64,000 bases of DNA from an uncultured Bacteroidota bacterium (GCA_903883965.1 CAISCU010000006.1:4103-68102), one strand, 5' to 3'. Positions 42,441 to 53,013 are shown, numbered from the stretch's first letter. Program-made: numbers and translations. Notes: generated by a model from the letters alone, not told the origin.

Positions 42441-42558
42441 AAATTTGTTTTTCTATCTGTGGTAAAAATACAAACAATCAGGTATAAAAGCCAAATTAAC
42501 CTTCATTGGCTTGAAACTCGTACAAATAAAATTAATTTTAAACCAAACTTTAAACCCA

Positions 42559-43032
42559 ATGTTAAATAAAAATGCTAAATGGGGAATGCTCATTGCACTC
42601 AATTGGGTGCTCATTTTGGGGTCTTGTAAACAAGAGTTATCCGGACAAAACAAAAATGCACAACTTGCCACCCTTCAAGGCAATTGGGTTGGACAGGGCC
42701 ATTTGTTTGACAAAGAACTCAATCAAAAATTAGGAACGATTGCTTGTGAAATTACCATTGAAAACGACAAAGTAAGCGGACAAATTGGAGAAGCTAAGTT
42801 GATGAGTACAAGGGTAAAGCAAAATGCATCTCATTTTGTAGTAATTGGGGAGTTAGACAGAGACTTTGATAGCCGTTATCCTTGTGGCAAAAGAAAAATA
42901 GAGTTGTTGACTCCTTTAACTGCAGCCAAGCAACCAGATGAGTTAGACATGGACTTCCACATCAAACAAAATCTGTTACTTGACTTTAGTATGTTTGTGG
43001 GGAATGTGAAACTCAAACGGGTGAATCAATAA
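42559..43032 (+). CDS. Hypothetical lipoprotein
   Basis: LGSC lipobox; LQGNW.G lipocalin-like start. Confidence 0.6.
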   Translation: MLNKNAKWGMLIALNWVLILGSCKQELSGQNKNAQLATLQGNWVGQGHLFDKELNQKLGTIACEITIENDKVSGQIGEAKLMSTRVKQNASHFVVIGELDRDFDSRYPCGKRKIELLTPLTAAKQPDELDMDFHIKQNLLLDFSMFVGNVKLKRVNQ

Positions 43033-43033
43033 T

Positions 43034-46000
43034 TTATTGCTTCAGCACTTTTTTGTGGTAAACACTTCCATTGGTAGCTAATACTTCTATCATATAAACT
43101 CCAGCTGACAATTGCTGGGTATTGATTTCAGCCTGATCAGATTCAAGTACCAATTCACCATTTAAAGCGTAAAATTTAACAGTCTGAATGCGATTGTTGC
43201 CATTTAATATCACCTTTAAACTTTCTTTTACGGGCACAGGATATACTTGCAGGTTAGTATTGTTCTCCATGTTTGACAATCCAACTGCAGCATCAACTAC
43301 TACATCAAGTATTTGTGGAGTTCCAGTACAACCTTGGTTTGAAACTTCTGTTACTTGTATATTTTGAGTTCCTTTTGTTTGCCATTTTACTTGTACTTGA
43401 TGGGTTCCAACTCCTGCCATTACAGATGCTCCGGTTAATTTCCAATTAAATGATGAATTGCTAAATCCATCTACGCTGTAACTGGTTGTATCGAGTTTCA
43501 TGACACTGGTTAAGCCTGAAATAGTTGAAGTAGTAGGTGTAGGGTTGACTGTTATGTCTAAACCAACCGTAGGAGAATTACAGCCATTTTTTAAAATACT
43601 CAATTGGAAAGATCCAGTATAACCTTGGTGAATATTTTTAATGGTAGGTACGCGCAAATTTGAACTGAACCCTGCAGGGCCAGACCAATTGTAAATTGCT
43701 TGGTCTACATAGCCCGCATACAATTGCAAACTATCTCCACTGCATAATTTACTAATTGGGAAACTAGAAACACTTGGTGCTTTAGGTGCAGCATTCACTT
43801 GTAAAGTAGTTGATGCTGGTTCACTTGCACAATTTAACAAGCTAACAACACAGGCGTATTGTCCGGCTTGGTTCAATTGAATATTGCTCAAGTCAATGTT
43901 TTGGTTGCTTGATACAAATGCATTGGGGCCTACCCAACTGTAAGTTGCTTTGTTTACAAAAGGAGTAGTAATGCTCACCAAATCTCCTTCGCAAACAGGA
44001 TTGTTGTGCGTTAATACGGGGGTTGCAGGTTTGATATTTACCACAATGGTTTTGTTTTCATCTGCAGATTTACAGCCATTTAAAGTAGTGTGCACTACAT
44101 AGCTTCCACTATTGGTTGCAGTGCTACTCAAAATAGAAGGGGTTCTGAGGTTGCTACTAAACCCATTTGGACCAGACCATGCATACATTGCTCCCGCAAT
44201 TGTATTGGTACTTAAATCGATGCGTTCGCCTTCGCAAACAGCATCTGGAGCTGTAATTACTGGGGTTGCAGGAACTGCTTTTACAAACAAGCTACTGCTG
44301 AGGTTTTGAGAAGCACATCCTGAATCTGTTGCTATTACTTGAAAACTGCCAGCATCACTCGATTTTACATTTTGAATGTACAATTGGTTACCCGAAGTTG
44401 AAAAGTTATTTGGCCCAGTCCAGTTGTATGCCACATTAGGCCCAACATTGTTTGAATTTACTTTCACTAAAAAACTATCTCCTTCACATAAACTTGTGCT
44501 TGTAGAAGTTAGGCTAATGCTAGGTGTTGATTTTACAATGAAGTTGGTTTTACTAGTTGCCATCAATCCACATGCTTGAGTACTCACATTTACAGTGTAT
44601 CCACCTGCCATTGATTTGCTCACATTGCTCAAAGTAGGGTTTTGTGAACTTGAAGAAAATCCATTAGGCCCAGACCAAGCATAAGTTACACCAGCTATCG
44701 TGTTCACACTTAAACCACTGCTAATTCCTTCACATACAGGCCCTGCATTGCTTGCAACAGGTAAACTAGGCAAAGCCAATACACTGATGTTGATAGTAGC
44801 CGGAGTAGAAACACCACAAGTGGTTGTAGTAGCAGTAACAGAGTAAATACCTTCAGCTGCTTTTGAAATGGTATCTATTGAAGGGTTTTGGGCAGTTGAG
44901 CTAAAACCATTGGGCCCGGACCAACTGTATGTTGCACCTGTAATTGTAGAGGCAGAAAGGGTTAATGTTTTACCATTGCATACAGGTGTGTTACTACTCA
45001 AAGTAGGAACTGGTGCTGTAGCATTGATGCTGATAGTTGATGTGCGCGTTGATGAATTACAGTTATTGATTGAAATATACAATGAGTACAATCCGCCATC
45101 GGTTGCAGATACATTTGTTTTGGTTGGGTTTTGAACACTTGAACTGAAACCATTTGGTCCAGACCAATTGTAAATTGCACCAGCTACAGCGGCAGTAGAT
45201 AAGCTCAATGTTTGACCTACACAAAGTGGGCCATTGTTTGTGATTGCTGGAGTACTAGGAATTGAACTTACTTGAACCAATACGTTTTCAGATGGAGAAA
45301 TACAGCCGTTGTTGCTTACATATACACTATAGGTTCCAGCTTGGTTTGTGGCAGCTCCATTGATACTAGGGTTTTGCTGATTACTACTAAAATTGTTTGG
45401 TCCAGTCCAGGTATAAATGGCATTTGGGTAATTGCCTGTAGCAGTTAAATTGATATTTCCGCCTTCGCAAATTGAAATGGCACCACTCACAGTTGGTTTA
45501 ATAGGATTGTCTTTGCCAGTAACATTTACTTTTGATGGGGAGAAACTACAACCAGCTAAACTTACATTTAAGGTATAATTACCCGTATCGGCTTTAGAAA
45601 AATTCAAACGAATGGGGTTTTGAGAACTTGAGTTGAAACCGTTTGGTCCAGTCCAAGTATAACTGGCACCAGGTATTGTACCGGTGCTTAAACTCAACAT
45701 TTGGCCATAGCAAATGGGTCCATCACTCATGGCAATTGGAGGGTCTATATAACCTAAAGTAACAGATGCAACGGCACTCGAACATGCTCCCACCACTATG
45801 TATACATCGTATTGGCCGGCATTCAACATTGAAAAATTTGAAATTGTTGGGTTTTGATCAGCGGAGCTAAAGCCATTTGGCCCAGACCACACATAGGTTG
45901 CACCAGCAACGGCATTACAAGTTAAAGTTACAGTAGAACCCAAACAGTAATTTCCACCACCCCCAGGGGTTGGTGTTGCGGGCAATGATTCTACGTTGGC

Positions 46001-47017
46001 TGTTTTAGAATCTATGCAATCTATGTAGTACCCACTGATGGTATCTGATAGTGTAACTGTATAGGGTCCTGAGGTATTGTATGTTGTGGCTGTATCAATA
46101 GCAAAACCATTGACACCATTACCTAAATTCCAATGAAAACTTTTGTCCAATGATTTGAAAAACGACCTTAGGTTGTAAAATTTACTGACATTGATGATAG
46201 AAGAATAATTGGTAAAACTTATGGGAGATCCTGGGGTGTAACACGAAGGTGTTGTTTGAAAATCAGCAGTTAAAGCGTATTGAATTACGGGTTCAAACAA
46301 CCAATCAGCATTGAACAAAATGCCCACTCCAACATTTACCCAATAAGAACGGGTATTGACTGTTCCAAAACGAATAGAAGAACACCAGTCATTTGCTCCA
46401 TCTTGAGCAGTTAAAAATTCATTTGATATTAATTGAATTGCATTTGAACTGCTGTTCTCTACACTGATAACATACCCTTGTACATTGTTCACTACGATAG
46501 GTGTAGGAAATTGCACTCTTCTTTTATAGTCAGATAAAAATCCTGCACCAATATTGGTGTCCAAAGAAAAGGTAACACTTTGTAAAGCAGTGCCTATGGG
46601 CATAGAATCAGGTCCAGCATTGTAAAGATTAACGGTAATATTTTGACTGGCTATACCTAAAGTATTGGCCAATCTGCCATAAAAGTTCATGCCACTTACC
46701 AAAATTGGTTGAGGCGAAGGGAACCATTGGTGCGCAGCATTGGCAGGGGTGGTAGTGGTTGCAGTACTGTTGGTTATGTTCATTAACCTTAAACCAGTTG
46801 CTTTTAATAAACCAAACTCAATGGTATCAGGCCCGCATATGGTATTGCGGTTGGCTGCACCACTTGTTTTGAGGTTAAATGTAGTTTTATTCTTGAATGT
46901 ATTTTTACTAGGTAAAGCAATTGTTTGGTTGCTACTTGTCAATTGTTGTTGTGCAAATGTGAAATTGGTTACAAGCGCAAAGCACATCAATAAAAACAAG
47001 TGGTAAAATTTTTTCAT
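43034..47017 (-). CDS. T9SS cargo with PKD domain and ten Ig-like repeats
   Basis: WNLGNG PKD; ten YxW[STV]GP[NA]xF repeats; YPVP..GVYMIEV..KK CTD. Confidence 0.85.
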   Translation of the reverse strand: MKKFYHLFLLMCFALVTNFTFAQQQLTSSNQTIALPSKNTFKNKTTFNLKTSGAANRNTICGPDTIEFGLLKATGLRLMNITNSTATTTTPANAAHQWFPSPQPILVSGMNFYGRLANTLGIASQNITVNLYNAGPDSMPIGTALQSVTFSLDTNIGAGFLSDYKRRVQFPTPIVVNNVQGYVISVENSSSNAIQLISNEFLTAQDGANDWCSSIRFGTVNTRSYWVNVGVGILFNADWLFEPVIQYALTADFQTTPSCYTPGSPISFTNYSSIINVSKFYNLRSFFKSLDKSFHWNLGNGVNGFAIDTATTYNTSGPYTVTLSDTISGYYIDCIDSKTANVESLPATPTPGGGGNYCLGSTVTLTCNAVAGATYVWSGPNGFSSADQNPTISNFSMLNAGQYDVYIVVGACSSAVASVTLGYIDPPIAMSDGPICYGQMLSLSTGTIPGASYTWTGPNGFNSSSQNPIRLNFSKADTGNYTLNVSLAGCSFSPSKVNVTGKDNPIKPTVSGAISICEGGNINLTATGNYPNAIYTWTGPNNFSSNQQNPSINGAATNQAGTYSVYVSNNGCISPSENVLVQVSSIPSTPAITNNGPLCVGQTLSLSTAAVAGAIYNWSGPNGFSSSVQNPTKTNVSATDGGLYSLYISINNCNSSTRTSTISINATAPVPTLSSNTPVCNGKTLTLSASTITGATYSWSGPNGFSSTAQNPSIDTISKAAEGIYSVTATTTTCGVSTPATINISVLALPSLPVASNAGPVCEGISSGLSVNTIAGVTYAWSGPNGFSSSSQNPTLSNVSKSMAGGYTVNVSTQACGLMATSKTNFIVKSTPSISLTSTSTSLCEGDSFLVKVNSNNVGPNVAYNWTGPNNFSTSGNQLYIQNVKSSDAGSFQVIATDSGCASQNLSSSLFVKAVPATPVITAPDAVCEGERIDLSTNTIAGAMYAWSGPNGFSSNLRTPSILSSTATNSGSYVVHTTLNGCKSADENKTIVVNIKPATPVLTHNNPVCEGDLVSITTPFVNKATYSWVGPNAFVSSNQNIDLSNIQLNQAGQYACVVSLLNCASEPASTTLQVNAAPKAPSVSSFPISKLCSGDSLQLYAGYVDQAIYNWSGPAGFSSNLRVPTIKNIHQGYTGSFQLSILKNGCNSPTVGLDITVNPTPTTSTISGLTSVMKLDTTSYSVDGFSNSSFNWKLTGASVMAGVGTHQVQVKWQTKGTQNIQVTEVSNQGCTGTPQILDVVVDAAVGLSNMENNTNLQVYPVPVKESLKVILNGNNRIQTVKFYALNGELVLESDQAEINTQQLSAGVYMIEVLATNGSVYHKKVLKQ

Positions 47018-47092
47018 GCCAATAAAGTTAAACAGCAATATAAATTAAAATAACTTAAAAATTAACTTAAATGGGCTTTAAGTTCATTGCAC

Positions 47093-47126
47093 AAAAAAAC
47101 CCGATTGCAATGCAATCGGGTTTTTT
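47093..47126. terminator. Symmetric terminator hairpin after the OMP gene
   Basis: AAAAAACCCGATTGCA-a-TGCAATCGGGTTTTTT. Confidence 0.85.
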
Positions 47127-47146
47127 ATAAAATTGAGATTGTTCTC

Positions 47147-47839
47147 TTAGAAACGGAATCCTAAACGAACACCACCTGAAGTTACTCCGAATAAATTGAA
47201 ATCGCTAGTAGTTCCAGTTTTTGTAGTAGTTGTTGTACCAGCAATAGTTTCACTATTTTCACCTTCACCAGTGCTAGACATATCAAAAATACCCAAACCA
47301 AATTCACCTCCTACGTATACACCATCAGCGATATAGTAATCAGCACCCATGAAAGCACCAATGCCTAAGCCAAAAGTACTTCCTGATTTGCTGCTTGATT
47401 TATTACCATCTGCAACACCAGCCCAAGCTCCAGGACCACCTGCAACTGCATTGGTATAATCAACTGTAGATGCAGTAGCAAAACCTAAATTCAATTGTGC
47501 TCCATAATATGGAGATAATTTAGCTGTACCAGCAAAGTGTTTTTCAATACCAGGGGCAATGGTTAAACCAAAACCGCTACTTGTTTTTCTTTCTACAGCA
47601 ACACCACTAACTGTTTCTTTGTCAGTAGATGAAGTCATACCAAAATTTGCACGCAAACGGTAAGCCATGTTGTCTGTAGCAAAATGACGGAATCTCAATT
47701 CAGGTGTAGTGTAAGAAAAAGAATTTAAACCAGCACCAGTGAAATTTACCTCTGCAGTTCTAGAACCAGCAGTTGGTTTTTGTGCAATTGCCAACATACT
47801 TAATGCTGCAAATGCGCTTGAAAGGATTAATTTTTTCAT
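47147..47839 (-). CDS. Outer-membrane beta-barrel protein
   Basis: Signal peptide; PGIEKHFAGT.KLSPY.G; GADYY..Y.GGEFG; ends GFRF. Confidence 0.8.
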   Translation of the reverse strand: MKKLILSSAFAALSMLAIAQKPTAGSRTAEVNFTGAGLNSFSYTTPELRFRHFATDNMAYRLRANFGMTSSTDKETVSGVAVERKTSSGFGLTIAPGIEKHFAGTAKLSPYYGAQLNLGFATASTVDYTNAVAGGPGAWAGVADGNKSSSKSGSTFGLGIGAFMGADYYIADGVYVGGEFGLGIFDMSSTGEGENSETIAGTTTTTKTGTTSDFNLFGVTSGGVRLGFRF

Positions 47840-48018
47840 GTTTGTAATAAATTTACAAATGCAAGTTCATCATTAAATTGTTAAACGCAAGTTCAAAAAC
47901 AAACGCCAAATGTGTATAAGTACTTTTTTTGATACACTTTTAAAAAGGGTCAATTTTTAATGTTTTCGTATTTGAAATATGACTTAACTACATTTGTTTA
48001 GATATATAAAAACAACAA

Positions 48019-49158
48019 ATGAAACAGCAACTACAAAGAAGAAGCTTCTTAGCTAAACTCAGTGCAAGTATTGCTACTGCTCTTGCAACACCATTGTTGA
48101 GCTTTTCCAAAAGAATAGAGAATACAACTCAGAATCAATCTGCCAATAAACCAATATTAACGGTTCAACCAATGGGGTTTCAGTGGGAAACCATGGATCC
48201 CTTTTTGTTTTGTGTGCACCATGAAGATTATTTTCCAAAAGGGAATTTGCAATGTGGACCACAAGGCACTTTGGCTGGTAGACATTTGGGAGATGATTTT
48301 ATTTTAAAAGATGGGTATAGAATGTACCATGGTAAAACGGTGCCAGGTTTTCCGGGTCATCCGCACAGAGGTTTTGAAACCATTACTATTGTTAGAAAAG
48401 GTTTGGTTGACCATGCCGATTCTATGGGAGCGGCAGGCCGCTATGGCAATGGAGATGTACAATGGATGACTGCTGGAAAAGGCGTTCAACACTCTGAAAT
48501 GTTTCCATTGTTGAGCCAAGTAAAAGACAATCCTTTAGAGTTATTTCAGATTTGGTTGAACTTACCAGCAAAAGATAAAATGGTAAAACCACATTTTAAA
48601 ATGTTTTGGTCAGAGGACATTCCAAAAATTGAAATGGTTTGTAAATCGCATTCCAAAATTGTAATTGAAGTCATTGCAGGAAAGTTCAATCAAACAAAAT
48701 CATTACAACCTCCTCCTGATTCTTGGGCTTCTAATCCATTGCATGAAGTGGCAATATGGAACCTATTAATGGAACCCAATTCTACTCTTGAACTACCTAT
48801 TTGTTCAAAAGGCATCAATAGAAAATTGTATGTTTATGAAGGAGCGAATTTGTCAATCAATGAACAAGCAATTCCAGCATACCACGCAGTTACGGTAGAT
48901 GGCACACAAGTTATTCGTTTAAAATCGGGAGAGAGCCCCACTCAGATTTTGGTATTACAAGGCAAGCCTATTGGTGAACATGTCATTCAATACGGGCCCT
49001 TTGTAATGAATAGCAAGGAAGAAATCAATCAAGCTTTTGAAGATTACCATGCCACTCAATTTGGAGGCTGGCCTTGGCCCAAATACGACCAAGTACATGA
49101 GCGTTCAGCTGGAAGGTTTGCTAAACACGCAGATGGTAAACTAGAAAAGAAAGCTTAG
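48019..49158 (+). CDS. Pirin-family cupin with N-terminal twin-arginine-like leader
   Basis: GFPGHPHRGFET, WMTAGKGVQHSE, QIWLNLP, GPFVMN; RRSFL near N-terminus. Confidence 0.88.
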   Translation: MKQQLQRRSFLAKLSASIATALATPLLSFSKRIENTTQNQSANKPILTVQPMGFQWETMDPFLFCVHHEDYFPKGNLQCGPQGTLAGRHLGDDFILKDGYRMYHGKTVPGFPGHPHRGFETITIVRKGLVDHADSMGAAGRYGNGDVQWMTAGKGVQHSEMFPLLSQVKDNPLELFQIWLNLPAKDKMVKPHFKMFWSEDIPKIEMVCKSHSKIVIEVIAGKFNQTKSLQPPPDSWASNPLHEVAIWNLLMEPNSTLELPICSKGINRKLYVYEGANLSINEQAIPAYHAVTVDGTQVIRLKSGESPTQILVLQGKPIGEHVIQYGPFVMNSKEEINQAFEDYHATQFGGWPWPKYDQVHERSAGRFAKHADGKLEKKA

Positions 49159-49664
49159 AACTTAAAATACAAGGCTGCTTCTCCGGTTAGGTTGTAGGCT
49201 TTAAAGTTATCGTAGGCAGCATAACCAGTCATGAGATTGAATCCAATTTGGTCGAAAAAAGGAATTTCTATGCCAAAGCCAAAACCACTGTTGATATAAC
49301 TATCTGTTTTGGTTTCGTATTTATAGGTTTTTTCGTTGAAATAATTTTTATCCTGGTTGTAGTAATAATGATTGCCTTCGTATAAATATAAAGTAATTTT
49401 TTGACCCTCATTTAATTTGTAGAGAAAGGTACAGCCCATACTGTAAATTTCTTGGGTACTGTTTTTAAAGGGTGCAAAATTTACTTGTACGCCCCATTTA
49501 CTTGGGGTGTAGCGGTAAGACAATCCATAACCTGTTGTAAAACCAATGCCCGCTCCTAAGGAATGTTTTGATTTTTTGCTTGTCTCAAGGTCTTGTGCTT
49601 TTGCAGAGGCTGATAAAATAAATAAACTCAAGAGGGTAATTGGGATGAATTTAAAAGTTCTCAT
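49155..49664 (-). CDS. Small outer-membrane beta-barrel-like protein
   Basis: Signal peptide; GFTTGYGLSYRY; ends LYFKF. Confidence 0.65.
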   Translation of the reverse strand: MRTFKFIPITLLSLFILSASAKAQDLETSKKSKHSLGAGIGFTTGYGLSYRYTPSKWGVQVNFAPFKNSTQEIYSMGCTFLYKLNEGQKITLYLYEGNHYYYNQDKNYFNEKTYKYETKTDSYINSGFGFGIEIPFFDQIGFNLMTGYAAYDNFKAYNLTGEAALYFKF

Positions 49665-49792
49665 ACGTTTTTTGTTAAAGTGTAAAAATACAAACAAAAC
49701 TAATAAATAAACCTAATATATATCACCAATTAAGTTCATTTGTGTTTTATCAATAGTAATACCTTTACAGTGTACTTTAATACCCAAATACA

Positions 49793-51151
49793 ATGAAAAA
49801 ACTAATTACTATTTTGGCCTGTGGTGTCACATTTGCATCGCAAGCCCAGCAGACCCTTTTGAATGGAAATTTCGAAAACTGGGACTCTGTAGTAGCTGCT
49901 ACCCCAAACTATTGGCTTACTTCTGAGCGCGAGAATATTGGCTTAAACACAGCTACCAAAGCTACTGACGGATACAGCGGTTCTGCTATTAGATTAGAAA
50001 CCAAAGCAGGAGATGGCCGTGTGGCTTTTGGTTATTTTGTAAACACAGATGGAGATCCTACTCAAGGTCAGGGAGGCACGCCTTACACACAAAAGCCAAC
50101 ATCTTTAAAAGGCTACTTTAAGGGGACTGTTGTGAGTGGAGACAGTGCAGTGTTGTTGCTAATCTTTAAAAAGAATGGCAGCATTATCAGCAACCAACAA
50201 TTTAAGTTTGGAGAAAGCAAGGCCGCTTATACTGCTTTTGACTTTTCAATTAATTTAACCGAAAACCCAGACACTGTTATTTTAGCAGGTGCTGCTTCAA
50301 ATGTAGTAGATAACCAAAATCCTCCTATTGGAAGTGTGGCTTATTTTGATGAACTCTCTTTTGATGGGGCTTCAATTACACAACAATTACCCAATAGCAA
50401 TTTTGACAGCTGGGATTTTTTAACTTACTATGACTTACAAAATTGGACAGTGATGGGTGGTAGCGATCCACATACAACAGATGCTTATAGAGGTAATGCA
50501 GCTGTAAAATTAAGCAACCAAATGGGAGGAGACAAGGCATATGGTTCAGCATTGTTTTATGGTTCAGTTAACCAAAACCAGTTCAATGGTCAGGCTTATT
50601 TTCCGTATACCAAACAAAACGACACATTGGTTTTTTATTACAAATACACCCAAGTTGGAGGTGACACTGCTGTAGTTTTTGCTTCGTGTAAAAAAGACAT
50701 TTCGGTAATTGGGGGCGCTTACGTTTTGCTACAGCCCACAACAGTTTATACTAGAATGGAAGTTCCAATTATGTCATTTCAAGTACCAGATTCTTTGATG
50801 TTGGGTTTTGGTGTAGCAACAGGGCAAGTAACGGCACATATTGGCAGTGAATTGTGGATTGATGAAGTAACACTTAAATCAGAACCATTGAACACAGGTT
50901 TTGCCAATTTTTTGGCTAACAAACCAATTTTACAAATTTACCCGAATCCTTGTGCAGATAATTTAAGCGTTCTAAGCAATAGCCATCAAGTTTTGCAATA
51001 CGTAATCATGGATTTGAACGGAAAAATTTTACAAAACGATCAATTACAAAGTTCAAGTATTCAAACCCAATCTTTGGAAGCTGGTTTGTATGTGATTCAG
51101 TTTTATGAAAACAACCATTTGGTTTCTAGCAAAAGATTTGTGAAACAATAG
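49793..51151 (+). CDS. T9SS cargo with two PCMD/CBM-like modules
   Basis: Two N.[NS]F[ED].W..TDxYxGxxAxxL repeats; GSELWIDEV; YPNP CTD. Confidence 0.75.
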   Translation: MKKLITILACGVTFASQAQQTLLNGNFENWDSVVAATPNYWLTSERENIGLNTATKATDGYSGSAIRLETKAGDGRVAFGYFVNTDGDPTQGQGGTPYTQKPTSLKGYFKGTVVSGDSAVLLLIFKKNGSIISNQQFKFGESKAAYTAFDFSINLTENPDTVILAGAASNVVDNQNPPIGSVAYFDELSFDGASITQQLPNSNFDSWDFLTYYDLQNWTVMGGSDPHTTDAYRGNAAVKLSNQMGGDKAYGSALFYGSVNQNQFNGQAYFPYTKQNDTLVFYYKYTQVGGDTAVVFASCKKDISVIGGAYVLLQPTTVYTRMEVPIMSFQVPDSLMLGFGVATGQVTAHIGSELWIDEVTLKSEPLNTGFANFLANKPILQIYPNPCADNLSVLSNSHQVLQYVIMDLNGKILQNDQLQSSSIQTQSLEAGLYVIQFYENNHLVSSKRFVKQ

Positions 51152-51167
51152 CAATCGGTTTGTCGGT

Positions 51168-51210
51168 TAACAAGAATGGGGGCGGCCGCAGGCCGCCCCC
51201 ATTCTTGTTA
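51168..51210. repeat. Perfect 20-bp inverted repeat with GCA loop
   Basis: TAACAAGAATGGGGGCGGCC-GCA-GGCCGCCCCCATTCTTGTTA. Confidence 0.85.
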
Positions 51211-51306
51211 TAACCCCCATAAAAATAATATACAAATTACCTGTAACAAATAACCAGCTATCAGCTATTGGTTTAGTTTTTCATTTTTTATACAGACATT
51301 TGAAGC

Positions 51307-51798
51307 ATGAGTTCAAGCACAACTACAAGTTATTCTAGACCCAGCTGGGATGCCTATTTTATGGAAGTGATGGAAGCCATTAGCAAAAGGGCAACCTGTG
51401 ACAGGGGCCGAAGTGGCTGTGTCATTGCCAAAGAAAACCAATTGTTGGTTACAGGCTATGTGGGTTCACCCATTGGTATGTCGCATTGTGACGAAGTGGG
51501 GCACCAAATGAAAAAGGTATTGCACGAAGACGAAAGCATTACAGAGCATTGTGTAAGAACGGTTCATGCCGAACAAAATGCCATTTGCCAAGCTGCTAAA
51601 AATGGGGTGTCTATAGATGGAGCAACTTTGTATTGTAGAATGACACCTTGTAGGGTATGCGCCATGTTAATTATTAACTGTGGCATTAAGCGAGTGGTTT
51701 GTGAACGCAAGTACCATGCAGGTTCAGAAACAGAGCACCTATTTAATCAAGCAGGTATTCAGCTCGATTTTATACACAACGAACTGCAGCAATATTAA
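51307..51798 (+). CDS. dCMP deaminase (ComEB-like) family protein
   Basis: RPSWDAYFM, RATCDRG, HAEQNA, PCRVC. Confidence 0.9.
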   Translation: MSSSTTTSYSRPSWDAYFMEVMEAISKRATCDRGRSGCVIAKENQLLVTGYVGSPIGMSHCDEVGHQMKKVLHEDESITEHCVRTVHAEQNAICQAAKNGVSIDGATLYCRMTPCRVCAMLIINCGIKRVVCERKYHAGSETEHLFNQAGIQLDFIHNELQQY

Positions 51799-52262
51799 AC
51801 CTTGTTAGGGTGAAATTTGATTTGTAAACCGGTCAAGAAATTTCGTAAAACTTGGTCTTTGCAAACTCGGTATTGCTCTTGTTCTGGTTTCCTAAATAAT
51901 GCACTTAATTCGTGTTTGCTGAATTTAAAATCGGCAAGTGCTAAAATTGCTAAAATGTCTTCGTCTTTTAAATTGAGTGCAATTTTGAGTTTTCTGAAAA
52001 TGGTATTGTTATTCAAACTCTTTTCGGGGTTTGGTAGTTCTCCTTCTTTCTTTCCACGTTTTAAAATGATGAACCCATTTAAAAATGCAGCCAAGTCTTT
52101 GTCGTATATAGGTTGGAACCCTTCATCCTCTTCTTTCTTGAGCCAAATACCTAATTGGTCTTTTTCAATTATAGCTCCACCATCAGCAAAAACATTCAGC
52201 ATCATTGCATCGTTCATATGAAATGCATACCGCAACCTGCGCAAAATATCGTTGTTGTTCAT
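51795..52262 (-). CDS. DUF1456 (YehS-like) protein
   Basis: NNDILRRLRY, FLNGFI, NNxIFRKLKIAL, C.DQ.LRNFL.GL. Confidence 0.88.
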   Translation of the reverse strand: MNNNDILRRLRYAFHMNDAMMLNVFADGGAIIEKDQLGIWLKKEEDEGFQPIYDKDLAAFLNGFIILKRGKKEGELPNPEKSLNNNTIFRKLKIALNLKDEDILAILALADFKFSKHELSALFRKPEQEQYRVCKDQVLRNFLTGLQIKFHPNKV

Positions 52263-52300
52263 GGATCAAAAATAAGAAATTGTTTGAGGATACTTTTAGT

Positions 52301-52929
52301 TTAATGTGCACTTAGCTGAATGAGGAACCCAATCCAAGCTGAGCAAATTAAAATACCAATTATAAAGCCAATAAAAGCATATTTAAAATCAGGTGATTTG
52401 ATATTTTTTATTTTTGAGAATGCAATAATTCCGGAAATAATTGTAATCAATCCAAGTGGGAATGTAATTAAAGTTAGCGGAAAGATAAATACACAAAAAA
52501 GACTGATTAATCCCATTATAAATGTAAATTTAGAAATAGGTCTTAGTTTGGTAATTTCAGGAAAAACTCCTGAGCGGCCATGCCCCTTTTTGGGGTCAAC
52601 AATTTTAATTTTTGGTGTTAGCTGAATAGGTTTTGTTTCTTTTGTTGTTGTGTTAAATTTTACTTGCGTTAATTTTTCTTTTTCATCTAATATGTTCAAA
52701 GTTGGGTTATTGGGCTTTGCATAAACCAACTCGTTTGAAACAAAAATATTCTCTGCTATAGCTGTTTCTGATGTTTCTGTTTGACGACTCAATTTTTCAG
52801 AATCATTTTGATGAACCTTCACCAAGTTTAAATTGTAGTGTCTTCCGCTCAGTAAATTGAGGCTACAAGCAGATAAAAAAATCCTGCACTCACTATGAAT
52901 GCAAGAAAATGTTGGGGTTTCATTTTCAT
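52301..52929 (-). pseudogene. Frameshifted lipoprotein with C-terminal TM hairpin (DUF4190-like)
   Basis: ATG frame (52929) MKMKPQHFLAFIVSAG and downstream frame FLSACSLNLLSGRHY..TMs are offset by one base at an A7 tract (52875-52881). Confidence 0.65.
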
Positions 52930-53013
52930 TGGTTATTCAAATTTACATACAAGATAGGGTCTATTATACAACAGTGCAAATAAATTTGAACCTGTATCAA
53001 TGCTCCCAAAAGT

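Noticed and set aside
43560-45990. Periodic DNA similarity that could suggest a CRISPR-like array
   Set aside because: The ~240-nt period is explained by in-frame protein Ig repeats; no identical repeat-spacer structure or cas genes
47911-47919. DnaA-box match TTATACACA (minus strand), with a near match at 53011
   Set aside because: Isolated boxes without clustering or oriC context
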